This document shows, piece after piece, positions 9,991-23,314 of a DNA stretch of 64,000 nucleotides. This DNA is from Prorocentrum cordatum (Eukaryota): NCBI GenBank assembly GCA_963575745.1, contig CAUYUJ010000045.1:1-64000 (forward strand), given 5' to 3'. The position numbers and the translations under genes are program-made. Within the stretch, counting starts at the first letter, position 1. The number at the start of each line of letters is the position of its first letter. Below the pieces are notes generated by a model. It worked only from the letters and a program-made list of their open reading frames with translations. It searched no databases and was not told where the DNA came from.

Positions 9991-12900
9991 TTGATTGCCG
10001 TATCTTCGGACACGGTAAACTCCAGCCCGATTGCTACGCGGACTATTGTGCCGGCCGCTGGCCAAGCCAGTGGGTCGGGAGAAGCTGAAGGGCCCAGAGG
10101 CGTGTGCCCCACCGTCCCAGACGGATGGGGAAACGCACAAGGGACTCACCCCATCCCGATAGCCCTAAACGGACAGACCGGCCAAGACAGCGACGAACAG
10201 TTTGACGATGGAAACGATATTAACTGCGTGGAGGAAGACATTGAGTATGCCAATTATCAAGCGTCGCTTGGCCGAGATTTGTCTTCGATAATGGACGCAG
10301 AGCACCCCGTCCAAGTTGAGAGATGGCCCCCTGGGCAGGATACAATTGATTACCATCAAGTGGAAGCCCTCGGGGAAGCGTTTGCAATGCCAGATTCGGA
10401 CATTGAGATATGTGACCTGACGCCCCAGGCGGTCGAGGTGGAAATGGAATGTCAGACTCGAGCGAAGCATGACCGGGAGATCACAGGACGAACTCCCGCT
10501 CCTCAACTCAAGAAGCAGAAGGATGAGGATTATGACTTGAATGATTCTCCGCTTCAGAAAGGGTTCCATCGAACTGCCGTCGCCGCAGGCGATTGGCAAC
10601 CATCGATGCCCGTTGCAGTTGAGGATGATGAAATGATCACCCCCCCGGCTTCGCTGGACGAGTTGCTTAGACAAGGCGAAAGGGATGAGGAGCTTCGAGA
10701 GGCGGCTAGACCGCCAGAGAGCACGCACACACGTCCCAGATCGAATGCTTCGAGCCGGGGAAGGCCCAAGATGCCCAGATCTGGAGCTCGATCCACTTCA
10801 AGGAGCAACAGCACGATATCCATGCGCGAGACATGCTGGAACAGGAGCCCCAACTGCCCGCCCCGGGCGGGGAACAGGTGCCCGGGGAAAGCCCGCGTGC
10901 CGAGTGGGGCATGTAGGCGCCCAGTATGTAGAAGTTGCTCTGACGTGTGCCCGAATTGTAGCAATCAGTGGTTGCGTGTAGGCTACGTGCCGACGGAAGA
11001 GCATAATTGCTCGTGCCTTCTCATCCAGGCGATGCAGAATCAGGCTAGATTTGTTGAGGCCAAAACCCAGCGGGAATTTCTGGCCCGCGAAGCCCAGAGG
11101 GCCGAGAAGGCCCGACTGGACCGAGAAGAAATGAATGCAGTCGTTGAGGACGTTCGGAAGACGTTCGAGGCTGAGAGGCCCGCAATGGCCCAGGCGGTCA
11201 GAGAGCGGGAACAAGAACTGGTGGAACAGATGCCCCATCAAACCGCGGCTGCCAAGCAGCGCGCGGAAGAAGAAGCCGAGAACATATATGCTGAGATGAT
11301 CGCCTCCGAACGACAGGCCGTTATGACGGCGAACAGTCAGTCTGTTGATGCCGAGACTACATCCGCCGCCGTTGCGGCGGCGAGAAAAGAAGGAGAGAGG
11401 ATTGCCACAGCCAGGGCAGCACAAGAAAGACAGGAGCTCCAAGAACAACTTCAAACTGCCAGGCTGGAAGTGGCCAACGCCCAGATTGTAGCTGCGACGA
11501 TAGTTGATCAGAAAAATCAATATCGAGAAGAGCTTAAATTACATGAGAATGCCAGAGCATCTCTGCAGCGTGTGCAATTGAGCGACAGTGCGCGCCCACC
11601 GGCCAAGCCGGCTGGGGCGAGTAGACGGCCATCGCCGGCGGCCCAGCCGTCCGGCGAGATGCCCATGCCGCAGCCGCAGCCCGCAGAATGGGGCGACGAA
11701 GAGGGTTGCTCGATTTGCTTCAATCCGATAGTAGGAGATTGCGCCACCTGTGGATTGCCGGGCTGTAAAGATCACTTCGACGCGAGCGCCAAAGGGCGTT
11801 CTGCATGCACTCAAAAGAAGAGCTTGCCGGCAGAACAGGAGAAGTGGGACGAGCAGTGGCAAAAACGCAGTGATGGCCATGACTTTCGGGCTCAACAGCA
11901 GAAGCTTCTCGACGAATGTAGCGCTGACAAACTTCATGTTCAGCGAAGGAAGGAGCAAGCTGAGGAGCAGATTAGACTGAGCTCAGAAGGGTCAGCTGCC
12001 GACATCCGGGAGAAGGATGAGGCCCTGGCACGCGCAGTTGCATCAGAGAGAGAAGTGGTGAAGCTCAAAGCTATCATCACAAAGCCTTTTCCATATGGTG
12101 AGAAGGGGCAGGGAAAATTGCCCAACTTCAGTTCATTTGACATGCCTTTGCTTTCACAAGAAACGCCCGTGAGGCCTGTTATGCGACCCAACTTTATTAT
12201 TCCTGGCCCTGCAATCGAATGTCCGGCCAAGCCGAGTACCTCCGATAATGGTTTACCAATCAATATGAATTTCACAGGTACCAATGACGACATGGCTTTT
12301 GTCGATTATCATCCGTCCTCCAAGGATGGACCTGCGAGACCGCCAGCGGCCAAGCCGTCTGGCGGAAACAAAGACCATGCGCCAGCGGCAACGCCGTCGG
12401 GCGGGGCAGGACAGGATAAAGATGGAGATCACAGTAGTGTCGCACCAAGTGCAGATATTTTGTCGGCACTTACTGATGCCATCCGCGACCGGCCAGAGAA
12501 GCCGCCGCCGGGGAGTCCGGGGGGACCTGGATCCCCAGGCGGTGGAGGCGGTCGCGGCGGACCTCAGGGCCCAGGAGGGTCACGTGACCCGGGAGGCCTT
12601 GATGAGAGTACTCCGTTGGGCCAGTGGAGACATGTTGGAACCAATCAGAAAGTCGATCTGATGGACATTCCCGATGTTACAAACATACGGGAGTGGCAGA
12701 TGCATGCAGCCCGCGCGATTGCTGGATCATCTCCTGAGATTCAAGCAGCACCGCGTTGGATCACGGAAGCTATGGACCCTGCAGTGGATGAGGAACAGCT
12801 AAAAAAACAGGTCGCTTCAACGTCTTGGCATCATGATCGCCACGCATTTGATTGAGAAGTTCACCAACATGCGTAGGAATCGCGGTCTGTCCAATCATCA

Positions 12901-13942
12901 CATACACTTCCTTCAACAGATTAGTCGAATGGAGTACGGTGCCCAGAATGAGGAGAGGCTCTTGACGGGACGTGAGATGGTACGAGCCATTTGCTACTGG
13001 TGTTCTGTTAGATCGGAGTTAAGTCAACATCGCATTTCGCGTGATATCTTCAAGGGAGTCGTTGACTCAAATAAGCCAGATGCTGACTTATATCATTCTT
13101 ATAATGGATGGACAGACGTTTACCAACAGCTCTACGGCGTCCGACCTCCATCTGATGAGATGAGAGCTTCGATCCAGGCGCACTTCATCGAGCAACGCAG
13201 GAAGCCTAAGAAGTTAGACTTCGTGCGCCAACTTTACGACTTGTCCAGAGACAATTTAGGAGAAGGCGTAAGGTCTTACGAATGGCTCATGACTCAGATT
13301 GAAGGGATGATGTTGCGTGACGAAGAACGGAACATCAGCATGCATGAGAGTGTTCTGAACCAACGTGCCCGACGGGCGCGACTGGGCGGAGGTGGAGGCC
13401 ATGGCTATGACAATCGTCGAAATGCCAACGGCAAAGCCGCTCCGGCAGAAGTGGCAGCGCGTCTCGGGAAACCCACGGATGTGATGAAGAGTGGTTTGAC
13501 GAAGGGCGAGACGACGTGCAAGTCTGTGCGCAAGGACCAGACCTGCCCGAATGCATGTCAGGGATGCCCATTTAATCATAAGAAGCCAAAGGCCGCCGCA
13601 CCGGCCCAGCCGATCTTCCTCGCTCGGTGGATGAGGCGACGCCCGCGTCGGTCAAACCGAGAGCGGGGGGGAAGGAAGGTGTCCGCTGGCCAAGTCAGCT
13701 TGGGCGCCATTGCGCGCCCCGCCCGGTTAGCTCGGGGCCTTCCTGGGCAGAAGCAGGCCGGCCCTCATTTTTCAAAGGCCTTTATAAATTCTAGCGGAGG
13801 AGTTGACAGGAACCCCTCCGGTGGAGAGTTTCACCGCGAATGCGGGGAGCAAGTTGAGAATATTGTAAACATCCTCGCAAATTTCCTGCATCCTCTTGCT
13901 CGGGACGCTATCAAGATGTACTGGAGCGACCCCCCCAAGTAA
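9991..13942 (+). pseudogene. Extended gag-like region (Cys-rich fingers, coiled coil, Pro/Gly tracts, CCCH finger), frameshifted near 12.8 kb
   Basis: ORFs 9991-12855 and 12833-13942. Motifs CSIC..CATC..CKDH and CKSVRKDQTCPNACQGCPFNH. Positioned between the PBS and the protease. Confidence 0.7.
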
Positions 13943-14057
13943 AAGCTGCATTCGATCTCAGATGAAGGGTCGGCGCATGTTCCGCGCCCGATTTCGCCCC
14001 TCGACTGAGGAGCCCGCCACCACTTGCAGGAAGGCGCATCGCCGCGACCTGAAATAG

Positions 14058-14888
14058 TTGCCCTCAAGTGACAAAGACAGGTGGAAGTTCCCAGGGGAAA
14101 TGCGCCTACAGATGTCTACTCAGTCGAGAGCATCTGCTGCGGAGGCCCTGATCAGGGCGTCAGACCTCCAAGATGACGTCTGGCACCTTTGGTTGAGGGC
14201 TGAGGAAGGGGAAGAGGGCCCACACGGCACAGCCGCTGCGGGATGCACAGATAAGGATGGTGCGTATCTTGGAGCGCTGAGCTTTATTATTGATACAGGG
14301 TGTGGGTATAACCGCATAGCGGAAAAGTCTATTAAAAGTGCAGGTGCAATGATATTGATTCGAAAGTTTCCGCAATCGATCACTCTGAATACTGCCGGGG
14401 GAGAGTCACGAGCCCTCGGTTCCGTTCGCATAGCATGCCTTAAATTTAAGGGTGGTAGTTTTAACGCTTTAGTCATGCCGGAGACCCCGTGCGTGATCTC
14501 GGTAGGAGAGCGGTGCATGGATCGCGGCTTTAGTTTCTTCTGGCCAGCAGGCCAAAGACCCTACCTATTGTTGCCCAACGGTCAAAGAGTGGACCTGATC
14601 GTTGAGGGCAAGATTTCATACCTGACCCTTTCAGGCAAATTAGAGGCGCTGGGTCAGTGGATGCGTGAGGTTGCCGCTGGGGAGAGTGAACCTCCCGAGC
14701 GGTGGTGTTGCGTGACGCCAGGCGCTAAGGCATTTCTGGGCAGTGTGGAATCAGCGGGAGGCCCTCCGCCCCATGCTGTTCAGACTCGCGTGACCATAGA
14801 CCTGCATACACATGAGTTGATTGGCAACCACAGCTACGTTGACGGACGGCCGACTGAGCTCGCGCCCGTTTTTTTCCGTCCTCCTTAG
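14058..14888 (+). pseudogene. Retroviral-type aspartic protease
   Basis: FIIDTGCGY (DTG at 14292), flap-like LNTAGG, and ISVG. Confidence 0.85.
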
Positions 14889-14995
14889 ACTCTGCGGATA
14901 CCATCACTTATTTTTACGATTCGCCTCGCAAGGCTAGCGAAAGCGGTTGGAATCGGACACCGACCGGCATCGCGGCCTCCAAATGTTTTTCGATT

Positions 14996-16090
14996 TTGCC
15001 TTGCCACGGCCAAGCCGTTGGTCAGACCGACGAGCAGCCCAGCAAGGCCGTGGCCTGCGCAGCCGCATATAAGAACTCTTGTTGGCACGGGGTCTCAGGA
15101 TATCTCCCCTATGACATGGATCAAGGGTTGGACTCCGATGCGCGCGACGCGGCCCCCGGGCCCGAGGAGGGTGACATCGGAGACGCTGACGGTGCCGACT
15201 TAGTCGTCGTCGACGCACCGCCAGAACTCCACCCAGATGATGCAGAGGTTGAGGTGTCGGGTTCCCTTGCCGAGCGGCTCAAAAAGGCAGCAGCCCCCCT
15301 GCCGCATCTTCTAACTCATACTCCCAAGAACCCATGTTGTTCAGTATGCAATTGGGCCAAAACTATCAGAAGACAGCAGCGCAAAGCGCGCAACAAAGGG
15401 CTAAAGGTTCCCCGCCCATACGCTAACCCCACTTCGTTTGGGCACCTGGCGACGATGGACCATTGGTTTGCGATGGATGAACTCTCGCGGGGGCTCCATG
15501 ATGAGACCGCGCGCGTGATTTTTCGCGACCGAGCAACGGATTTCCTCGCCGCTCAGGGTGTACACGACAAGTCTGCGGCTCATGTTTGCAGCTTTTTAGT
15601 AAACCTCAAAGCCCCAGGAGAGAAGTTAGAGCATTGTTCTACCGATGGTGCACGTGAGCTTGCAAGGGCACGTTACGAGCTCAATATTGCACATGATCCT
15701 ACCATCCCAGGAAATAAGAAACAAAACGCTGTCGCCGAACGTGCGAACGGCGTGGTACAGATGGGGACCCGAGCGCTGCTCATGCAGGCGGGTCTCCCAC
15801 CACCATACTGGACGTATGCCGTTCGATACTTTTGTCTTTGCTACAATGCCAGGGCCCCTGAAGAGGGGAAGTCCAGTTGGGAACGTCGCTTCGGACACAT
15901 GTTTGAGGCTCCGCTTCTTCCCTGCGGGTCTCTCGTGCGCTATGCACCCCCGCCAGAGTCAAGATTCAGAACAACCAAGACTGGCGTCGCAATGATCCCT
16001 GGGATATACTTGGGATGCGTGCACAAAGCGGGGGGGCATGGTTGGTCCAGGAAGTTGCGTTATGCCGTTGAGACAACTGGGCGGACTTAA
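14996..16090 (+). pseudogene. Integrase (HHCC + rve core)
   Basis: HLLTH..KNPCCSVC; MDHW; STDGAREL; NAVAERANGVV..GTRALLMQAGLP..YW.YA; PGIYLG. Confidence 0.9.
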
Positions 16091-17550
16091 CATGGAATCT
16101 GGGCGCACGCCCGAGGGCAAACGACCCACCATAGAGAAGTCTGATCAGGTATACAGCAACATCTTGGACGGCACTGCGGAATATCAATCTCCTCAGTTTC
16201 CTTTGAGAAAAGCGTACGGGCAGGCAATGACTGAGGTGCGTTCCGTCACGATCCCTCCCGCAGGAGAGGCCGCGGCCGTCCCAGACTGTCCGCGGCAGTT
16301 GACGGGAGTGCGATCGGACAATCTATGTGGCGCAGATGAGCCTGCCATTCTCATGCCACCGCCTCCTCAAGAAGGCGAGGGCGCTCCACCACGAGACTCC
16401 GAGGCCGATTCCGATGATGATGACGGCCCGGGGGGCTTTATGCGTGGATGACGAGCCTGTGGTGATTGATGGCCGGGACCCACAGCGAGACTCTCACCCA
16501 GACGAAGATAATGACAAGATGTTAGGTCTCGCACATATTGTGTATCGTTTGGATCGACAATCGAACTTCTCAGCGGCCAAGCCGCGTGAGAAGGTCCCAG
16601 GGAAAGGGCGGCTCCTTGCCCGTGCGACCCAGAACCTTGATACGATAGAATACTTTGAGGACGGGCGTATCGTCGTTGGTCTGACGAGAGAAGAGTTGAC
16701 ACAAAAGCTCCCGTTAACAGGCCGTCGCAAGACGTGCAGTATACGTGTTGTACTTTACTATGTTCCCGCGACCCGTGCGTGGGTCGCAGATCCAGATCCT
16801 AAATACGGAGCTCAATGGTTGAAGAAATTGCCTGAATCCACCAACCCTGGAGTTCATCCTGGACGCTGGTTCAACATGAATCAAGCCCAACGTCGGCAGG
16901 CCGTCGAGCAATACAGGGCCGAAAAGAGAGGTTTCTTTGATATAGACGATCCTGGCCCTTGTCTTGGCCTCCTGCGTGACATAGGCTTGGACGTGGATGA
17001 CCCGCCAACTCCGTCCGAGCCCGCAGTGGCCCAGCCACCTGCCGTCCGTCCAATCTCTGAGGAGACCGAGGCCTACATTGCGAAACATCCTAAGGCAAGA
17101 AGAGCCGCACCGTGGGTTGCTGAGCGGTTTCGTCGTCTGGCGGCGCAGGGCGGCCAAGCCGCAGCTGTAGCTGCCGAGTCCTCTGAGGAGGATGATTCCG
17201 ACGAATATGTTTCGGGTGATGAGGATGTTTGGTGGAAGCAAACATGGTGCGGTGGTGCCGTAGCACGTGGCGGCGTTCCTTCCGGCCCAGCCGGCAGGGA
17301 CCCGTTATCCGATTATGAATCTGGGGCGACGCTAGAGGCAAGTTTGACCTTGAGTCCGGCGGCCGCCGCGTCGCGGCGAAGCGTGCCTCGGATGCCGTTG
17401 CCGAGGAGTTCGGCTCCAATGCCTAGTCACCGCGAGAAGGAGAAATTTGATATGGATTACTTATACAACCCTTTTACTGATCTCATCTCAGTTGTCGACG
17501 AGCCCTTCCAACTTCGCAGTGATTGGCAACGTGCTAAGATTGATGCCGCA

Positions 17551-18230
17551 GTAGCTCGCTGTGTTTCCAGAGATGAGGCCAAGGCTAACCAAGATGCCCA
17601 GGCCGCCCTCAGAAAGGAATGGAACATATTTCGAGACATAGGCACATGGAATGAGAGAGGGGTTAGGAAATATTTCGATGTTGTTGCGGAACTCAATGGA
17701 AAGACCGCACACTTTGGTCGTCTATTCGCAATTCTTGTCGGGAAAAACTCATAGTTGCCACTCGGACACAAAGATCGGAAATACAGTGGTCGGGTAGTTT
17801 TCGACGGTTCGAGCGAGAGATCAGAATAAGGATGTTGCTTTATTTCAAGAACATTCCAGCAGTCCTGCTACAATGCAGGCCAGCAAAGCAGCTGACACTT
17901 ACGGGCTTTTCGAAGGCCGTAGTATTGAACCAGCCGGCGCACGTCAGGCTTACACTCAGTCAAAGTTGGGTGGCATTCCAACGTGGGTATTCCTACCCCG
18001 CGATGAGTGGCCCAAAGAATGGTCGCGCATGCGCAATCCCGTATGCCCGTTGTTTCTATCTTTATACGGACACCCTGATTCGGGAGGATATCGGGAGCAA
18101 CGCTGCGAAGGGCATGTTACGGCTAAAGGATTTGTGAAATGTAGTCCGTGGCGTAGCTGCTATTTTCATAAGGAGTTGAAGCTGTTTTTGATAATTTACG
18201 TTGACGATTTTAAGCTGCCCGAAGGGTCTA
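17551..18230 (+). pseudogene. Copia-type reverse transcriptase (RVT_2-like), interrupted
   Basis: ALRKEW..GTW; AYTQSKL; LSLYGHPDSGG; IYVDDFKL (YVDD at 18197-18208). Internal stops and frameshifts. Confidence 0.92.
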
Positions 18231-18759
18231 GGAATAGACCCTGCGACCGCGGTCGGACGATATTTGGGCTGTGCACACAGACTGTCCACGCAGTTTGTTG
18301 AATGGCAAGGTGAGTTACCCACGGTTTTGGACCCGCCGCCTCCCAAAGTCAAGAAGAATGCCTCCGTCCCGGACGAGAGTAGCGAGGAGGAAACGGGGGG
18401 GGGCTCGGCGGCCCAGCCGCCCGAGCCATACCAACCGAGAGAACCCAAACAGGCCAGAGTCATAGAATACGACATGACTGACTTATTCGAGTCTTGTGCC
18501 ACTTTATATGCACAACTCACGGATACTGACCCAGCTACTTATCCCGCTGCGGGTACCCCGTTTGGACCCGAACTTGTTGACCTTGAAGACGGTCGAGGCG
18601 GCCCTAGAGGTGAAATTTGCTCTCCTGCAGAGGAAGCAATCGCCTCCGCGTTACATATCAAAATTGACGTTGGCCCCCCAGATCAAGAAATTGTGGTTCA
18701 CGGCTTTGACGCCGCAGCGGCCAGCCCCAATGGCCCGGGGCCACCGACCCAGTCGGGAG

Positions 18760-19440
18760 TGCTCCAGCCCATAGCGGCGAAAGCCTTGGTGAAGATCCTT
18801 GACGGTGCAAGGATGGCTCGATATGACTTGCTCCGTGCCGTGTGCCACACGGCCAGTTGCATTACTAAATGGACAGAGCAACAAGACATGGATCTTTCCC
18901 GCCTCATCTGTTACATCAAGTGTACTTCTCACGACCGTATGTCTTCATGGGTAGGTGATCGAATGGAGGATGTCTTGTCGAAGCAATACTCTGACGCGGA
19001 CCTGGCCAGTGACATCCGAACACATAGGAGCACAAGTGCCAGTTATCAAGCAATTTGGGGCCCATGCACCAGAGCTGGGCAGTCTATGGGATCTCAACGA
19101 CAGACGTGCGTTTCCCATAGTACTCTAGAGGCAGAAGTTGTGGCTGCTGACCGTGCCCTGCGAAAAGAGCTGCTTGCAGCCCTTCCGCTTTTGGAAATAT
19201 TGCTTGGAAGAGAAATACGTTGTTTGTTTTTAGAGGACAACCAGGCGGCGTGTAAGGTCATCAAAGCTGGATGGCCCATGAAGCTCATGCATCTACCGCG
19301 AGACCATCGCATTGATGCTGCAGCTGTGTCCGAACAATGTTCTCGAGGTATCGCTGGACTTCAGTACGAAAGGACTCAAGACGAAGCTGCCGACATTGGA
19401 ACGAAGAGGTTCGCATACCCTTTGGCTTGGGTTAAGGTAT
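18760..19440 (+). pseudogene. Copia-type RNase H
   Basis: ARMARYDLL; YSDADLASD..RSTS; SQRQTCVSHSTLEAE; EDNQAA; ADIGTK. Confidence 0.92.
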
Positions 19441-20049
19441 TATACCTCGTCAGCGCTGTGACTCCCAAATTTTGGCCCGCCAAGCGGCACCAAGACTATT
19501 TAGATTCAACGTGTTCAGACGGACCTCCCCTGAAACCCGGGGGGATTCTGAAGCCCCGCTTAGGTCCGAGTTCGGCTTTGCGGAGAGGAGCTGTTGCACC
19601 TAGCAAAAGGATGAACATGAAAAAGAAGCGCCCCAACAAGGGTAAGCCCGTTGTGCATTCTTCGAAGCGCCAAGTGCCCGGCTGTTACCGAGGTTGCCCC
19701 CGGCCAAGCCGCGGTGGCGAACGCTCCCAGCCAAGCTTCGGTGGCGAATGCGCCCGGCCAAGCCGTGGAAGCATGTGAAACTATTCATATTACGACCGAA
19801 GAAGGTTCCAGGACAAGCTCCGAGAAATCCAGAACGATGGAGGAGATAACCAAGGACAGCTCCGAGGTTGAGACGAGAGCGATGTTTGATATAACCGACA
19901 GCGGAACCGAGTCTAATACATCGAATTTGGCAAAAGAGATGTGCGAAGAACGATCGAGCGTTGAGCCAGTTAACGTTAAACAAGATATGCTCGGATACAA
20001 CCTTCATCTCCCTCGCCTTCCGCCTGCTGCTGCTGCTAACTTCCAGGAT

Positions 20050-20340
20050 AGGAGGGATCAATGGACACAACGCGGACAGAGTCTTAAACGATGGCGCTTT
20101 GTTCCCAGACTTGTCACGTTTATACCAGCGAATACCGATTGCCGGGTTGACCCGGACTGATTAGATGATAGACGTCGTACCTATGCCATCAACGCCCAAC
20201 ATGGTTTGACTGTAGATCGTACGGATAATTGGCGCGACGAAGATAATAAATATCATCACCCCTTCGAACAGAATTCGAACGGTGATTCCACTGATGGCGA
20301 CTATCACCCAAGTAGATGGACCGGCTGGACGGAATTCGGG
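20050..20340 (+). other. Small Trp-rich module (DxW..R..PR..F.P...DNW...WTGWTEF) of unknown function
   Basis: Read through a single in-frame TGA at 20158-20160, joining ORFs 19651-20160 and 20206-20490. Confidence 0.45.
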
Positions 20341-20385
20341 ATCCGGGAGGAATGCGCCCCGGCCACCGAGTGGACCGGGGACCGA

Positions 20386-21020
20386 CTCTTGTTAGAATAT
20401 TGTTGTGGCCCTCAGAGCAGGATCGGAAACCCCAGGAATTTTGTCGACGATTCGTGTAAGGTAATTGGTATACGGAGAAGGAAGATATGAGAACCGATGA
20501 GGATCGAAGATTGGCTCTGACTGCCATAAAGACGTCAAAGGAAAACACATCACGCTATGGGGCTCTGTGCCCTGCACAGGAGGTTCCCCCTGGCAATATG
20601 CGAACGAAGCCCATTATTTTCGCACTGGGAACCATAGAGCGATGCGTAGGCTTCGAGGCATTAGGACAGATTTCAGATATCTGTTTTGGAATTTCCGCGA
20701 GATTGCCCGTGCTGCGCACAAAACGGGGGGCACTGTTTGCATTGGGTGGCCAACTCAGTGTAATTATTGGAGGGGTCCCCAGGTGAAAGAGCTCATAAGG
20801 GAGCTGGAGTTTGTCAAAACGGCTTTGCATGGATGTGCGCATGGATTGATGGACAGCAAGGGTAATTTCATGAAAAAGCCTTGGACAATTGCATCCACGT
20901 CTCTCGACGTGACGGAGGGACTTGAGCAGATGTGACGGCGCGCGCGAGCATGTCGAGGCCAGAGGGCGAGAGTGTAAGTCAGCTGAGGATTACACGGATG
21001 CCTTTGCCAAGCAGGTTCAT
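20386..21020 (+). pseudogene. Cytosine-5 DNA methyltransferase-like domain inside the copia element
   Basis: Collinear motifs across frameshifts: LLEYCCG (motif I-like), LWGSVPCTGGSPWQ (catalytic PC at 20570-20575), IGWP (E->G-degenerate motif VI), HGCAHGL...KKPW, SAEDYTDAFA. Confidence 0.65.
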
Positions 21021-23314
21021 ATTGTTGTTGCTCGTGCCGCGGAGCGCGTGTTGTCGTCTCGTCGTCGTCCCATCTCATCCTCTGATTTCGTATGTGGCGC
21101 TGCCGTTTTGTCTCCAGAGCTTGCGCGGGCTGCCCAGCGGCCGGCCCCCCCTCGGACCGCGCGGCCGCCCTGTTTCGGCTGCGCGGGCCATGCCTGCCGC
21201 GGCCCCCGCGCGCCGGAGAGGTCATTGACCAAAGCCATGTGCCAACCGCTGGGAACCCCAGCGGCAAAGCCGTCGGGGGAGGACATGGCTTCGGTTTGCT
21301 CGGACGATATCATACACGAACTCGTTCCTGAGTCACCTGAGGACGGGGAACCTCAGGTTGAGCCCAAAGGAAAGGCTCCTTCCAATTCAAGTCGAAAGGC
21401 TACCCCACTGGCCCAGCCAAGTGGGGATGCCGCCCCGCCGGCCAAGCCGGCTGGGGAAGTGGCTGATCCTTTTAGTCCGAGCGATGTCGTGATGAATGAT
21501 GACATCGAAATGGAGGCTGGCGTAGAGATTCACGCAGAAGAGATCGCAGCTCGCATAAGAGCTGCTGACGCTGCCACCAACGACGACAAGAGGACAGCTA
21601 TCTCCTCGCAAGGGGATTGCAATTCCCGCGAGGAGAAATCCATCTTCCGTTGCTTTCCTGACAAGAGAGAATGGTCCAGGCCTAGTTATGCCGGGACTAT
21701 CAAGTTCGCACGCAAACGGGGATGGAGCCGGCGCTTCACGATGTGGAGAAACAACATATTATACAGACGGGGCGACCAAGTCGTCACCGCACATCCCAGA
21801 CGATCTTTGAGCGTCTGTTTTCCCAAGTCTCACAAGACCCGTGGACCGCCCATTGGACTACGACAGAATGGCAACGTGCCGTTTTGATTCTGCTCCCCCA
21901 GAACTTGACCAGATCCCAGTGGGTACTTTCTTTCAGTCGCATCTTGATGCGATGACGAAGCTGGTTTGCAGGTTGTATACAAACGCACCGGGGGAGACTC
22001 GACGCTCCGTCTGAACCCTCGAAAAGGGAGAGGTCGTGGGCCCCACTGTTGGCCCAGCCATTCGGCGAAAGACGATCTACGGAGACTTTGTGAGCGTCCC
22101 AGTAAGGGACACCAAGACAGAAGGTGCTCCCGACTTGTGGATGAACATCTGGGGCCCTTCACCACATATGCCTCCCCGTGGCAAAGCCATTGGGGGCGGT
22201 TGGAGCACGATTTTTGCCCTGCCTGTTATCAAAGGTCTGTCTTATACGCCAGTGCATGTTGTTGAGGAAGCTCTCGCCAAATCAGCCAGAGCAAATTAGT
22301 GTGAGTTTTCCCCATCAGCAGGCGGTGCATTGGCAGAAGGCTGCACCTCCGTGGACACGCCTATACGACTTTGATGCATGGCTCGCGAGGGATGGCCTTG
22401 ATGGCGATGCTGACTTGAACGATAAGCAGCCGCCTCAGCCAGACGCAGAGACTGAGGCCAACCAGCACGACCCAGTCGTTGCTGGAGAGAGGCCAGATCT
22501 GCTTGAAAATTCCGAACAGCAACGCCCTGAGGCGCCCTCGGAAGGCCCTCCTGGCCACAGAGAGGAGGGTCCTGACCGGGCGCCGAAAAGGCCACGCTTG
22601 GGAGCGGAGATGTCGACCGACCCAGTCGGTTCGCCAAGCAATCATGCGAACGTAGCCATCGCGCAGCCTTCGGCCGGATCCGGCCCACAAAAGCCATTGG
22701 ACAGTCCTGGTGCTGGTCGGCAGGCGGCCGGCGGAACATCCGCTGGGTCAGCCTCGAACCCGACTGCCCCGCCCGGCCAAGCCGGTGGCGGGGCGGGCGG
22801 AGGCTCTCCTCCCGGCCCAGCCAGTGGTGGAGGTGCTCCGTCTGGCCCAGGTGGCTCTCCCTCGGGAAGCGCCCCACCTTCCGGCAACCCCTCTGGGGGC
22901 GGCGGTGGAGATGGACCCCCAGATGCGGGGTCGACGATGGCGAGTGGCGAGGGTGATGGCCCGCCTTATTTTGGGCGGGGCCCCTGGAACGTCCTCGACT
23001 ATTATTGGGCAAAGGGAGAGTATGCTCCGAACCCCAGGCCGCCGACGAATGACTGGGAATCTACGGTGAATGATATTCTCAGGCTTCACGTGGACATCAC
23101 AGATCCCAAGTTGAAAAACTGGGCATTAAAGTTGTCGTTCCTTTAGAAGTGCCAGGCCATAACGCAGATTGCCCGACAGAACGGACACTCATGGATTCCA
23201 TTTGTTGGCGAGGACGTTGCGGCCATGATGGCCGCAGGCAAGTCTGTTAAGGACTTGTTCCGCCCTTTGTGCTTGGTGGATAATGGGACATGCAAGTTTT
23301 GGTCCTGTTACGTC

